Shown piece after piece: positions 37,201 through 55,565 of a DNA stretch of 64,000 nt (position 1 is the first letter of the stretch; every line of letters starts with the position of its first letter). A program made the translations under genes and the position numbers. The notes beneath the pieces were generated by a model. That model did no database searches and had not been told where the DNA came from. It saw only the letters and a list, made by a program, of their open reading frames with translations. Source of the stretch: Paragordius varius (Eukaryota > Animalia > Nematomorpha); NCBI GenBank assembly GCA_964247055.1, contig OZ176055.1, positions 3,844,001 through 3,908,000 on the forward strand, in the 5' to 3' direction.

Positions 37201-39779
37201 AGTCATGGAATAAGTTTTATATTCACAATTTAGACTAAAATAAGCTTTGTAAACTTTAATATTTTTTGATAAGAACGTCCAAAATTCGTCCCTAAAGCCA
37301 TAATAATATGATTAATAAATAGATGCGGGGCTTGACCATTTTTAAAAATTACGATAAGCATCTGAATAAAAGTTGGGCAAATATATTTATATATGTATTA
37401 AATTGTAATCATTTAACATTTTATATTTCCACTGCATCTATGCATCCTACGCTTATCAAAACTTAACATATTACAAAAATTATTTATAACGAGACAACAA
37501 TTTAATTTTATTGATGCAACGAAATCTGGCTGGTACCTATTTTAAGTGTTAGAAAGAGTGCAAGAAATATATATATATATATATATAACTCAATAATATA
37601 AAAAAAGGGTTATAAAAATTACCTTGTACCCAAAATGATAATCGTATAAACTCGACATAAATAATTTATAAGGTGCAAAACTTTGGAATCGAGGTTATTG
37701 CGATCCTGAGAAAACTATTGCTCATAAAATATTTATTTGTGAGACAAAACGGTATGGGTATCGTTTAATCTAAAATTAATAAAATCAATAATGGGCTTTC
37801 AGAATAAATAAATTATTATTTAGACATTAATAAGCAAATAGATATAGTTTTATGTTTCTTTACAAGTATAGCAACCAAAAGCAAACTAATTTATTGTCAA
37901 TTTTAACCTTCCAGAATTTTAACCATTTCACCCTAATATTTTTTGTGATGAGTGTTAACACCGGAAAATCTAATATATCATTATTATTTCAAGAGTGTCC
38001 TTGAAACACTTTAAGTTGGTCCTAAGTTTGGATTTAGACACAATTTTTGCATATATATTTATATTTTATTATTATTTAAGTTAATTTTCTTTATTTAAAA
38101 TATATTTATTATTAATATTTTTTTATTTAAAACTGTTTTCGTTCGAAATAATTATTTTAAATTCAATAATTATATTGAGATATAAATGTTTTTGACAAAA
38201 AATTTAAATTGATAATTCAATATATATTTATCTGATATTAATATATTTGTTAAGAAATTATTTAAGATACGGTTTCTGAATGGATAAAAATATTCTAAAA
38301 AAGTGGTTAAATTAAAAAAATAGGACTTAAAAATGATAAAAAAATAACGATACAGGGAGAGATTAAAGTTAAAAACAAAAGAAAAATGTTGAAATATCAA
38401 CTTAAAGTTAAAGGCACTTGAAGTGTTCAAGACGCTCTTGAAAGGCAGGGCAAGTGGTATTATTACTAATGGTTTGCGATAACGCGTTCATAAAATTGGC
38501 GTGTTACAAAACAACAGGTTCTACCAAATTAATTCAAAAGGTTTGATTAAATTTTAACATTGTAAAAAATATCGTTTAAAAACTTTAATGAATAAATAAG
38601 TTTTAACTAATCTAAAATTATTTGTATATATTTATCACCTTAGTCTACATGTTATTTGTTGTACTGCTATTTGGGAAAAGGAAAAAGTGAAAGAATTATA
38701 TTTTCACCCGATTATGCTTATTGTTCGAACAAACATCTGTCGCCATTTCCCACAGGACATGTAATCTTAACATTTATTTAACACTTGACAACACATTCAT
38801 TTTAGTCCTATTCAAATTGGGGTAGTTAAATACCCTAGGCCTGTTTAAAATTAAATTCTTAAAAAAGTATGGAAGGAATCGAAACCATGGCAAAATTTTG
38901 CACTTATATAACATTATAAACCCAAATGTATAAAAAATTCTATTCAAAAATACATGATATTATTTATTTTGAGCTAAAACCGAAAGGATAAAATTTAGTC
39001 AACGTAACATGTGTCCAATAATCAAATTGAAAAATAATACAGAATACGCTTTTTTTATTTCTATCAATGTTAGATGTAATTTAAATAAAAATATAGCTTC
39101 AATTTTACCCTTAAAATTAAATAAAAATGATATTTTGTAAAATAATGGCGTCGATGTAGTTTGACATGGAAACTTTTTTTTAAACAAAATTTTATCAAGA
39201 TTTTGGCATATTTATATAATTTTTATTAGAATTGAAGCATAAATAATTGGGACCTTTTCTTTCAGTAGTTTTTATAAATACTAACTTAAATTTAGTCTGG
39301 GGTATTTAGAGACCCCAATTTGAATCGAAGTGTTAATAAATAATTTTTTTAAATAAATCCGAAATTTTTCTGATATGGGGATCTATTTACAAAACGTTTT
39401 ATTTAAAGTATTTTTACAGGTTTTTCCGAATATTTACAGGTTCAAGACTACCGTCTCATTGTTCAATTAATAAATAACTTGATATAATTATATGCTAATA
39501 TGATCAAATTATATTCACATAAAATGTTTTGTAAATATTGGCCCTTTCATTCAATACACTTTTATATATTTTTGTTTAAAAATAATTATTTTTATATAGG
39601 CTTGTAAAGATGGGAAGTGCTTGAGTATAATGGTTAAATCATCGTCATCATTAACAGCTCGGACATATATTCAAACCTATAATTTAATTTATGCATTATT
39701 TTTATATTTGTACATTAGTACTATTTCCTGTTTTAGTGTAAAAAGTCTACTTGTAAATGCAAATTCACGATTTAGATAA
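28595..39779 (+). CDS. ADAMTS-like M12B (reprolysin) zinc metalloprotease, 5' partial; exons 28595-28681, 28771-28898, 29012-29040, 29136-29280, 31297-31479, 36991-37129, 38644-38760, 39600-39779
   Basis: Spliced frame: ANTYLRNPALGLNISITIV..WDAAVLFT..CLFIGGLA..VCD..TFMHELGHVLGAYHD (HExxHxxGxxH)..SIMNP (Met-turn)..WSDCT..GACL..NQMC..TCYLLYC..YC..ACKDGKC. This matches an ADAMTS catalytic plus disintegrin-like layout. Signal peptide and prodomain exons not resolved. Confidence 0.75.
29988..30254. mobile_element. Tc1/mariner-type MITE, full copy
   Basis: TA|CAGTAAAAATTGAAATTATACGGACAAAACG ... CGTTTTGTTTGTATAATTTCAATTTTTACTG|TA. Confidence 0.85.
30660..30985 (-). mobile_element. Degraded 3' fragment of the RTE family seen at 6203-7020
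   Basis: Minus strand GLIRGNSMENGIML..VNGKRERRRP and AHNRYKRRKFSNEIANDR parallel the C-terminus of the 6230 ORF. Confidence 0.7.
31258..31294. repeat. (AT)n microsatellite abutting a splice acceptor
   Basis: The tract runs directly into the AG preceding the exon at 31297. Confidence 0.9.
32406..32721 (-). repeat. 3' LTR of the Gypsy element
   Basis: Near-identical to 36573-36891 (about five substitutions and one 3-bp indel by manual comparison); preceded on the minus strand by PPT AAAGGTGGGAGA (~32722-32736). Confidence 0.92.
32734..33879 (-). pseudogene. Gypsy integrase segment
   Basis: HTGHPG..CDSC zinc finger; WERIHIDIAGP, VSDNA and NGLVERS (D,D35E). Confidence 0.9.
33900..35642 (-). 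pseudogene. Gypsy protease-RT-RNase H region, interrupted
   Basis: FDTGAD protease; LDLKDAYLQLP, RLPFGLTNAP and CAYLDDV RT motifs in shifting frames; IETDAPNEGLGA..YSTIEREA..FTDHKPL RNase H. Confidence 0.9.
35644..36630 (-). pseudogene. Gypsy gag
   Basis: CYNCNKNNHFSSMC CCHC knuckle, preceded by a degenerate second Cys-His motif. The real start is probably the ATG just downstream of the PBS. Confidence 0.85.
36561..36570 (-). promoter_or_regulatory. Primer-binding site TGGCGACGAG
   Basis: Lies 2 nt inside the 5' LTR; complementary to a tRNA 3' end CUCGUCGCCA (recalled as tRNA-Ser GCU type; not verified). Confidence 0.8.
36573..36891 (-). repeat. 5' LTR of the Gypsy element
   Basis: TGATATGATG...CAACTGATATTA, followed by the PBS. 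Confidence 0.92.
38782..39332. mobile_element. TTAA-flanked piggyBac-like MITE, intact copy (~551 bp)
   Basis: TTAA|CACTT-spacer-ATTCAAATTGGGGT..TAAATACCC ... GGGTATTTA..ACCCCAATTTGAAT-CG-AAGTG|TTAA. A right-end fragment also occurs at ~55300-55380. Confidence 0.8.
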
Positions 39780-39860
39780 ATCATAATTTTTTGTGTTTCC
39801 TATTAATAAATGTGATTTTCATTGTTTTAAATGATAATTTATTAATTATATTATAATATA

Positions 39861-40091
39861 CGGTAAAAATTGAAATACGGACAAAAAGCAAAAATATAAA
39901 ATAAAAAAATGTTTTATAAAGGCAAATATATTTTTTGAATCTTATATTATCTTATAAAAATTATATTACAATCGTAAAATACATAATTGATTGTATTACC
40001 AACTTTTAAATCTGTTATATACTTTGCAGTTCAAAACAATCAATTATATTTAAAAAAATCAAGATTTTTCGTATAATTTCAATTTTTACTG
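39861..40091. mobile_element. Tc1/mariner-type MITE copy
   Basis: TA|CGGTAAAAATTGAAATACGGAC ... CGTATAATTTCAATTTTTACTG|TA. Confidence 0.75.
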
Positions 40092-40565
40092 TAATATTGG
40101 AATTATTCTATACATTAGCCATGTTCACGCCCCACCAAATCGAAAAAAATTCTTGCGCTCTCCTGTCCCAAAAAAACAATAATAATATGTAAAATTTATT
40201 GTGTAAAAATCATAATCAATGCGATCCCTGTATCTACAATTGTTGAAATATTTTTTTCATATCGGGGACAAATTATGAAAATTTGCACCTGAGATCCTGA
40301 TTAACCTACAATTTGTTTCTAGTTTTATTTTTTGGTTTAACCAATAACGTTATAGAAAAAATATATAAAATGTACCAATTATCAAATAATGGCAAATGTT
40401 TAATGTTATAAATTTAAGGTCGTTTCTCCGAAATTTTAACTCCCCCCTTACATTTTTCTACGTTTTGGGAACACGGCTATTTATTTTTACTATTACCTGT
40501 TATTATATACCAAGACTGTAGTGTACAATCCGATATACCAATAGCAACATATAAATATTCATAAA

Positions 40566-41759
40566 TTATTTATTATGTGATGATAAAATTTTGCAATTAC
40601 AAAAACTTTTTGGTAATCGATACTTTCTGCGTAGTGACAGGAATTGTTGTTTTAATCTATTACGTGCTTTTAGATGAAGGAAAAAATACAAAATGGGATT
40701 TATTAATGAGTTTATATAAGCTATCCAGAGAAAAAAAGTAGGTACCCAAACAGGCTGATTAATTTCCCGATGTGCAAAATACGGTTTTAGCACCAAATCT
40801 AAGAAAAAGGGTGCCCAACAGATCAAAAAAATTATGACCATAACTAAAACAAACCTTATGGCGCCCCTATTTTGTCGTTCTAGGGCACATAGCATAGGGG
40901 TACTAAGTGCTTCCCGAGCAAATTTTGATTTCTTAGCTCTAACAATGATGTATATGAGAAGAGCACACAATATGACATCTAGAATAGCAAAAACGAAGAA
41001 AGAACTTGCAAAAATAATTATATGTGTATCGGTCACAAAAAAGGGACAGCTTTTCACCATAGTTTGATCATTGGGGCGGGGATGGTAATTGGTATTGTTA
41101 GGTGTTGAAGATATATTAGAGTAGCGTGAAGAATCTTTAACATTGCTGTTAAACAGATTGTATGATGCTGTTAGAACGGTCAATAGGTTTATTTTATCCT
41201 TTTGAGTTACAAACATAATGTGAGGCATTGCCTTTTTTTGTCCCTCCTCCACCCCATCATAATAATGATGATTTGGTATAACAATTTTGTTTACGTTTGT
41301 GTTTGTAGTCAATGCGATTGAACTGTATGCAAACGAATAAATCCAAACACCAGCTAAAAGACAATTGTAAAGTAATTCACGGCGTTCATGTGTTCTATGT
41401 CCGTTAAACGATGTCAGCGGTTTATATATAGAAAATAACTGATCAAAAGCTAAAACTGTGACATGGATGTAACTTACGGTTGAGAGGGCGACATCCAATA
41501 TTCTCCAAATCACGCAATACCACAGACCAAACCACCATACCTGCCAAAGAGTGTACACAATATCTATGCCCATAACTAAAATTGCATACAGTATATCAGC
41601 GATGGCCAAAGATAAAATGATTTTGAATCGAATAATGTGGGCGAATTCATGCCAACGCAAAATGGAGAATATGACGCCCGTGTTTAAAACTATGATACCA
41701 ACCCATAGAATGATAGCAAGCGATAATACAAAGTATAAGGGAAACCCTATTAGAACCAT
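40566..41759 (-). CDS. Intronless class A GPCR, biogenic-amine-receptor-like (paralogue A, 397 aa)
   Basis: Seven hydrophobic segments; LAIAD (D2.50), C3.25, D3.32, W4.50, CWAPFF, W7.40/Y7.43 and NPILY; DRY replaced by DQL. Confidence 0.9.
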   Translation of the reverse strand: MVLIGFPLYFVLSLAIILWVGIIVLNTGVIFSILRWHEFAHIIRFKIILSLAIADILYAILVMGIDIVYTLWQVWWFGLWYCVIWRILDVALSTVSYIHVTVLAFDQLFSIYKPLTSFNGHRTHERRELLYNCLLAGVWIYSFAYSSIALTTNTNVNKIVIPNHHYYDGVEEGQKKAMPHIMFVTQKDKINLLTVLTASYNLFNSNVKDSSRYSNISSTPNNTNYHPRPNDQTMVKSCPFFVTDTHIIIFASSFFVFAILDVILCALLIYIIVRAKKSKFAREALSTPMLCALERQNRGAIRFVLVMVIIFLICWAPFFLDLVLKPYFAHREINQPVWVPTFFLWIAYINSLINPILYFFLHLKARNRLKQQFLSLRRKYRLPKSFCNCKILSSHNK

Positions 41760-42692
41760 TAATGTGAAATATATTATAATTCTTATATCCCAGTTTCACT
41801 AATTGGTTAAAAAGTGTAAAGGATAGTATTAACACACAATAAATAATATAATATGTTTAATTGTAGTTAATAAACTAAAAAAATCGTTTTTAGGAGATAT
41901 ATAGCATTGCTAACCAAGCATAATATTTTATTAAATATTTATACTTTTTTTAGTATGTGTATGACAAAGCGAAGACGAAACAAGTATTTTTTGGATAAAC
42001 AGTCGTATATTTTTTTACCAGACACGTTAAATTAATTATTTATTAATCACACAATCCCTTTAAAAATCTATCCTTTTGTGTATATGCTATGCTATTCTAG
42101 TATTTTTAAACTAATAAAAAAAATTAATCATGATTCTCATTGTGCAATTTCGTATAAACTTGATATCAAAATATCGCAAATTTTGCGCATACTAGGTTAT
42201 ATTATAATATAATGGTAGGTAAATGCTTTTTGAAATTAAATTATTTTGATATTTATAAATCCCAAAAAACAATACAATGTTTGGTTTAATATTTCGTGAA
42301 TTAATTAACAAGTATCATTATTGTGATAAATATTATAATTAATAAATTATCTGATCAAAATTATTAGCTGTAAAATCATTTTAACAAATATTATTTCAAA
42401 TAATCATCTATGAGTATTTGAATTTTTTTTTATATATTTTGAGGTGAGAAACCTTAATGAAATTCAATTAAAAAACTGCTTTACCGTACCAGTTAGCTGC
42501 ATATTTGCAAACGTATCATAAAATATTGCTGTTTGAAAATCGGATTGCACCGTATATATAATACTAAATATTTTTTAATACTCTTAAAATGGGTTTGTTT
42601 GCGTTTGATTATAGCAATCAAACAACTTTATTTCATCATTACTAATGTAACTTAACTAAGAGCTAATAATAAGAGCTAAATCATTTAAGCAA

Positions 42693-42724
<32 letters not shown>

Positions 42725-43538
42725 TGGGTAAATAAATAATATGTTACTGTTAATCTTATTTATTATTATAATGATGAATCATGCATGCACAATATATGTA
42801 AATGCCGTAAACTCCATAGCAACTACATTACTAAATAGTCTTTCTCTAAATATAAAAATTAAATTACATGAAGACATTTTGTGTGTTTGATTAAAATTTT
42901 TTAAGGATTAAAAAAGTTATATTAATTATTGTACTATAATAATTCAATATAAAAATATGATAATACACACGATTTGTAGAAAATAGGATATATATATATA
43001 TATATAGATAGCTATAATTATATACAATGATTTGGAAGTAAGCATTCATTTTAAACACAATAATGGTGTCAATATAACATATATAAATGGCTATTTTGTA
43101 ATACCGATGAAAAGACATTTGGCAACGCCTCCAAAAACCAAATTCGTTACGATTCTATTGATTGATTTTCAATAATCAGAATTCGCATAAAAAAAGTTAA
43201 AAAATTCTGCCTAAAATAAATAAAATTACGTGTAAAAGTAACAAGAATATATATATATATATATATATATATAGAGGCCATTAAAATATAAAAAATATTA
43301 TCTAACGAGTATACAATGTTGATTGTTTATCAAAACCCTATCTGTGATACCGCTGCAGCACACCTATAACCAATTTTTTGATGTGAATGAGGTGTGATTT
43401 CGCTAAAATGCGTATTGGTTATTTAATTTTTTTAGAGGAGTACCACATTGCTTATTAATCTTCATTGTGCTAAAGATAAGTATGTAGTTTGAATAATTTT
43501 TTCGATTAACTAAACTTAAAACAAACATGGGCACTGTT

Positions 43539-50519
<6,981 letters not shown>

Positions 50520-51849
50520 TCCTTGAAAATTTATTGCGGTTAGCTAGCTATTATGTCCAAAACATGTGTTATATGATCAATAAATTAGGCTTAAAAATGT
50601 TACAAAAAGGTGTTTATAGACGTTGTGTAAAATTAATTTATTACTCTGAATTTCCAAATGTTATTTAAAATGGATAATAATACTTTAAAACGTAATTTTG
50701 TTCTATTAAATTAATAAATTAATGAAATAAGGAAAAAATAGAAATATCTGTGAAAGTAACATTCTTAATAATACATTATAAGCGTTAAAATCTTATCATG
50801 TATTTATTTTCTGCTTTAATACTCCTTTGAAACAATTTACCCTAATTTTTAATAATCGTGTGAGGTTTATATGTAGGTCAATTATAGATAGGTGAATTAT
50901 AATGCGTTGGGTTCTTTACTATAAAAAAAATACATTATTATTTTTAAAGATTTCCAAATTTAGTTTCATATGTTTTTATATTAGAGTTTTTTATATATTT
51001 TTAGAATGCTCGTTATTCAATTGATATTCAGTAATAATATATATTATATACTGTTGTATAAAAAAAATATCCTGATAAATAAATATACTAATTTTACAAA
51101 AGTTGTAAGAAAATTATTTTTTATTTTCTGGTAATTGCTACAATAGGTAAATTCGGAAAATTTATTGCACATTACATGGTGCCCACAAAAAATATCCTGA
51201 TATATATTATATATATATATATAATCTGATAAAAATTCAGAATTATTATGGTTTTTTGGATTTTATCTTCTTGACCAGGAAAGTTATTCATACTCTTGTT
51301 AAGCCATACCAAAAAATGGCAAAATTTGAGCACATTTTTTTGGATACATTTTGCTGGAAAACTACGAATAAAAAAACAATATACTTTTAAAATTTAATTT
51401 TGAGCCCGAACGTCCCAAATATTTTAATTTTTTTAAAACGGGCCTCTTTTCTATTGTTTCAAATATAAATTTGAATATTCGACTTTTAAATTTCGGTGAA
51501 TTTTTGTAAAAATAACATAATTTGAAGACGAACGAATTTTTTAATTAAAATTCTTGGTGATAGAGATGTTCAGCATTATGGAATTATATAGAAAAATATA
51601 TAGTAACGTTTTATATTCTTTAATCATGCCTTAAATTTGTATGACTAGAATTTAAAAAAGTATCCAATTTGTGAAAATATTTTTAGTTTTTATACTAATT
51701 TTACATATTTTAAAATTTCGCGGATAAAAAAAACTATATTTTAAAGTTTTCGTAAACTAAAAAAATATTATATGATCAATTTTTCGGGGGTCTTCGGTTG
51801 TAACCAACAGGGGATTAGTTTCTGCGTTTTAAAATTTTTTCCAGTTTTT

Positions 51850-52480
51850 AATTAATATGGGATGAAATCTTTTAAATATTATTTAGGGGAATCAATTGGG
51901 ATTAAGAAGTGGCTTTAGCTATTTTATGATTTTGATATATTATTAAATTTTATACATATTGAATCAAATAGGATGTTTTAAATATTTATTGGGTATCGAT
52001 TAGAGATTTTCCTATATTTTAAGCTTTTTTTATAAATATAGGATGAAATAGGATATTTTTAATATTTGAGGGTCATTGTTAAATCCAATATCTAATTGAT
52101 TGATTTTGATAATTTTTATATATTATTAAAAAATGTCATACATATAGGATGAAATGGGTTGTTTTAATTATTTTTTGGGGGTAATCGATTTAAACGATTA
52201 TAGTTTTTATTTCGCTACTTTTGATATGTTTAAGTTTTTATATATAAATATGAGATGAAATAGCTCACTTATTTTAAAAATGCGTTTTGATATATATTAA
52301 TTGCATCAAGGAAAAATATTTTTTGGGCATTAACCAGCAACTGTAGGTTTTTGAAATAGATGATTTATTTATATATATATTTAAGTGTAATTTATAAACA
52401 TATGAATCAGTATGATTAAAATATTTTTTGGGGGTCGCTTACCTATAATAATAAAAGATTAGTTTTTATGATTTTGATAT
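51850..52480. repeat. Degenerate ~100-bp tandem repeat
   Basis: Anchor GATGAAAT recurs at 51861, 52042, 52148 and 52254 (variant at ~51961), with similar downstream AT-rich and GGG motifs. Confidence 0.5.
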
Positions 52481-52689
52481 ATTTTTGTTTTGATTATAAT
52501 TATAAGATGTGTTAATATATTATAAATATATGGGGTTATCAGTATTGATTGATAAATTATTTAATAATTAATATAAAAGTTTTTCTTTTATGTTTATTGA
52601 ATATCTAGTAATTTATGAATAGAGATTCTTTTATTGTAATGTTAGTTGAGTTGGATCGTTGACTGACGATATTAATTTAAAAATTAAGA

Positions 52690-53196
52690 GAGGTGAGAGT
52701 AAATTGGAAGAAAATTCAAGCGTGTATGTGTGATCGAAATATTAATGTTAGAGTGAAAGGTAAGATATACAGCTCAGTTGTTCAACCCACAATGATGTAT
52801 AAATCACAGACGTGGGGCGTCAAAAAATCCGAAGAAAGACATTTTAATGTTACGGAAATAAAAATGCTTAGATGATATTAGATAAGGATCAAAGTTAGGA
52901 ATAGATATATTTGTGGGAGTACAGCTGTTACAATAGAGGAGAAAGTATGACAAAAAATAGGCGACATTGGTTTAGGCAGCTATACTGTAATTATATTGCA
53001 AAAACAATACGGAGTCATTGAGTTAAAGGAAAGCGAGGACATGGGCGGCCCAAAACCTGATGGATGGAAAAAAGGGAGCTTGCGGAATTGAGCTAAAAGC
53101 AGACGCTAATAGATAGATTTTTATTGAAAGATAGGTTGTATCACGTGACCGCTCTCACAAGTGGAAACATATAATGTAACAATAATAATAATAATA
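52690..53196 (+). mobile_element. Degraded 3' end of an RTE-like LINE with (AAT)n tail
   Basis: WKKIQACMCDRNINVRVKGKIYSSVVQPTMMYKSQTW..EIKMLR is typical of the RTE ORF2 C-terminal region; ends in AATAATAATAATAATA. Confidence 0.7.
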
Positions 53197-53410
53197 ACGT
53201 GAGACAACCTATCTTTCAATAAAAATCTATCTATTAGCGTCTGCTTTTAGCTCAATTCCGCAGGCTCTCTTTTTTCCATCCATCAGGTTTTGGGCCGCCC
53301 ATGTCCTCGCTTTCCTTTAACTCAATGACTCCGTATTGTTTTTGCAATATAATTACAGTATAGCTGCCTAAACCAATGTCGCCTATTTTTTGTCATACTT
53401 TCTCGTCTAT
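52933..53410. repeat. Near-perfect long inverted repeat (arms 52933-53146 and 53197-53410, 50-nt spacer)
   Basis: The right arm is the reverse complement of the left, with about four mismatches on manual reading. Confidence 0.92.
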
Positions 53411-54470
53411 ATTTTAGAATAAATTGAAATAAATATTTATGAAAAATATAATAGTTTAATAAAAAAATATTAAAGAGAACCGATAATAATTACCATTTAT
53501 TGTATTAACTATATCAGTATGAACAACATGCTAAAACATAAATCTAAAAATTTGATTTATAAAATATATATGTATTAAATTTAGCAATTTATGATTCTGT
53601 TAATATCAAAATACTTACGGCTTAATTTTAATTAAACAATTATTTAACAAATAAAAATGGGACCGGCTTAGTATTTTTTATGGCTGCCAAAAAATATTAC
53701 ATAAAAGTTAGGTTTGGTGGTTTCCTTGGTTTTTTTAAAAATATTCCATATGATTTTTACTATTTGTGTTACTTTCTTTCTGGTTTACAACAAAACTTTG
53801 CATAAAATTTTTAGGTTGGCCATAAAATAATAAGTGTTTTTTCATATGATTTGCTAAAAATCGTTTAATATAAATAATTCAGCCGTATTTAATATGATAA
53901 CAACAAAATCATGAGTAGTTTCTATATTTAATACATATATTTATATATTAAAAATTTAAAATTTATGTATTTATCACTATTTTATATTTTAGCTTTTTGT
54001 GCAGAATACAAAGATATTTACCATAGTAACCAGTGATTATCGGCTTTTATTGGCCCTCTCATAGATATCCTTTAAACCCTCTTTTATCGATTTTAGGAAG
54101 AATATAATAAATGCAATTATATTGCTTGTCGCATTCATAATCACAAGTGTACTTTTTAGAGACAATTTGAATTTCAATAAATTATTTGATAATTTTTATT
54201 ATAATATTATTGTATCTTTACTGTTTTGTATATCAAAAAATATCATCAGCATTTTCTTATGTTTACGATAAAAACTTTATATTTTTAAATTATCAAATTT
54301 TTCTTTCAAAGTAACCAAATTTTTCACTATACTAATTTTAGCATATTTAACATTACATTTGCTATAACTTTAAAAAAGTATGAAATCCTGACCCATAAAA
54401 CAGCTGTGTAACCTAAAAATAATTTTCTTTACCAGCATTTTAAACTTGCAATTAATATGCTATCTGGTAA

Positions 54471-55056
54471 TCTATATATTTATAAAAATAAAAAGTGGTG
54501 TTGTGGTCTGTTTCCGGAAAATAGGTAGATCCATTCAAATCCAATAATCGAAAAAATATGGGCATAAATGATGCCCCGACAATAACTTCGCACTTTTTTG
54601 AATTAGGCCCTCAGTTCGGGCCCACCCCGTGTAAAAAACGGGTTTTTTTCAAAAGAGAAGTCGACAAAAATCTGTCTTTGAGACTCTTTTCAGGAGAACG
54701 TGTTGGACCATTCAATTTCAAATATGATTTTTGTTTACTTATTTTCGATTGCGCCGAACACAGTCCTCGCTTTTTTAATTTAGGCCCTCTTTTTACCCGT
54801 TCCCCCCGTAATATGCCATTTTTTTCAAAAAAACAAAATCCACAAAAATAATTTTTTAAAACTATTTTTCCTCCAAGTAAACAATATATTAGTATGAATG
54901 CGCCGTTTTAAAATTCCTATGAGATCATTGCTATTAAATAATGCTTCGAAATAATCCAGAAATGTGGATCATTTTATTGTCCCTTTTTTCAAATGCCCTC
55001 CTTCAGAGGTCCGAAGGACATCCTCGGGCTGCGTAGCAGCACGAGAGTTACGCTAG
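54471..55056 (+). mobile_element. Non-autonomous Helitron, short form (~586 bp)
   Basis: A|TCTATATATTTATAAAAAT ... CTCGGGCTGCGTAGCAGCACGAG-AGTTACG-CTAG|T; colinear with 7929-8502. Confidence 0.85.
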
Positions 55057-55565
55057 TATTTAATAAAAAGCTGACCATGAATTTTACTCATACTGTATAT
55101 ATTTCATCAAATTTTTTATATCCCCGAGTTCATAAGCATATTCAATGTAATATGCGCAAAATTTGTGTTGATTTTAAGTTTGTATGAAATTATACAATGA
55201 GAATCCTGATTTATAATTTTCTGTGGATTTTTTGTTATTTTGGTACATTATTGTTATATAAATGCAAACTTTTGTCAGGGATTTTTTAAAATATTTAATT
55301 ATAAACGAACCTGGGCTATATAACTACCCCAAATTGAATCTAAGGTCTGAAATGAATATATTGTATTCAAGTGTTAATAAATAATTAATCTAATGTGTAT
55401 TAATAATTACGATTAGTTTATCCAAAAAATAATTGTTTTATTTTCGTTTTCTCATAGGCACAAAAAAGTATCAATATTTAAATTATTTTGTTTTATTTCG
55501 TTGGCAATGCGATATTTCTCCTAAACTATTTTTAGGCGTATTGATTATATGTATACATATTTACG

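Noticed and set aside
37945-37975. TGATGAGTGTTAACAC-CGGAAA resembling a second hammerhead
   Set aside because: Lacks the C of CUGAUGA, a stem II loop and recognisable stems I and III.
40834-41802. Antisense ORFs over both GPCRs (40834, 41551, 55532, 56291)
   Set aside because: Shadow frames, similar to each other only because the sense genes are paralogues.
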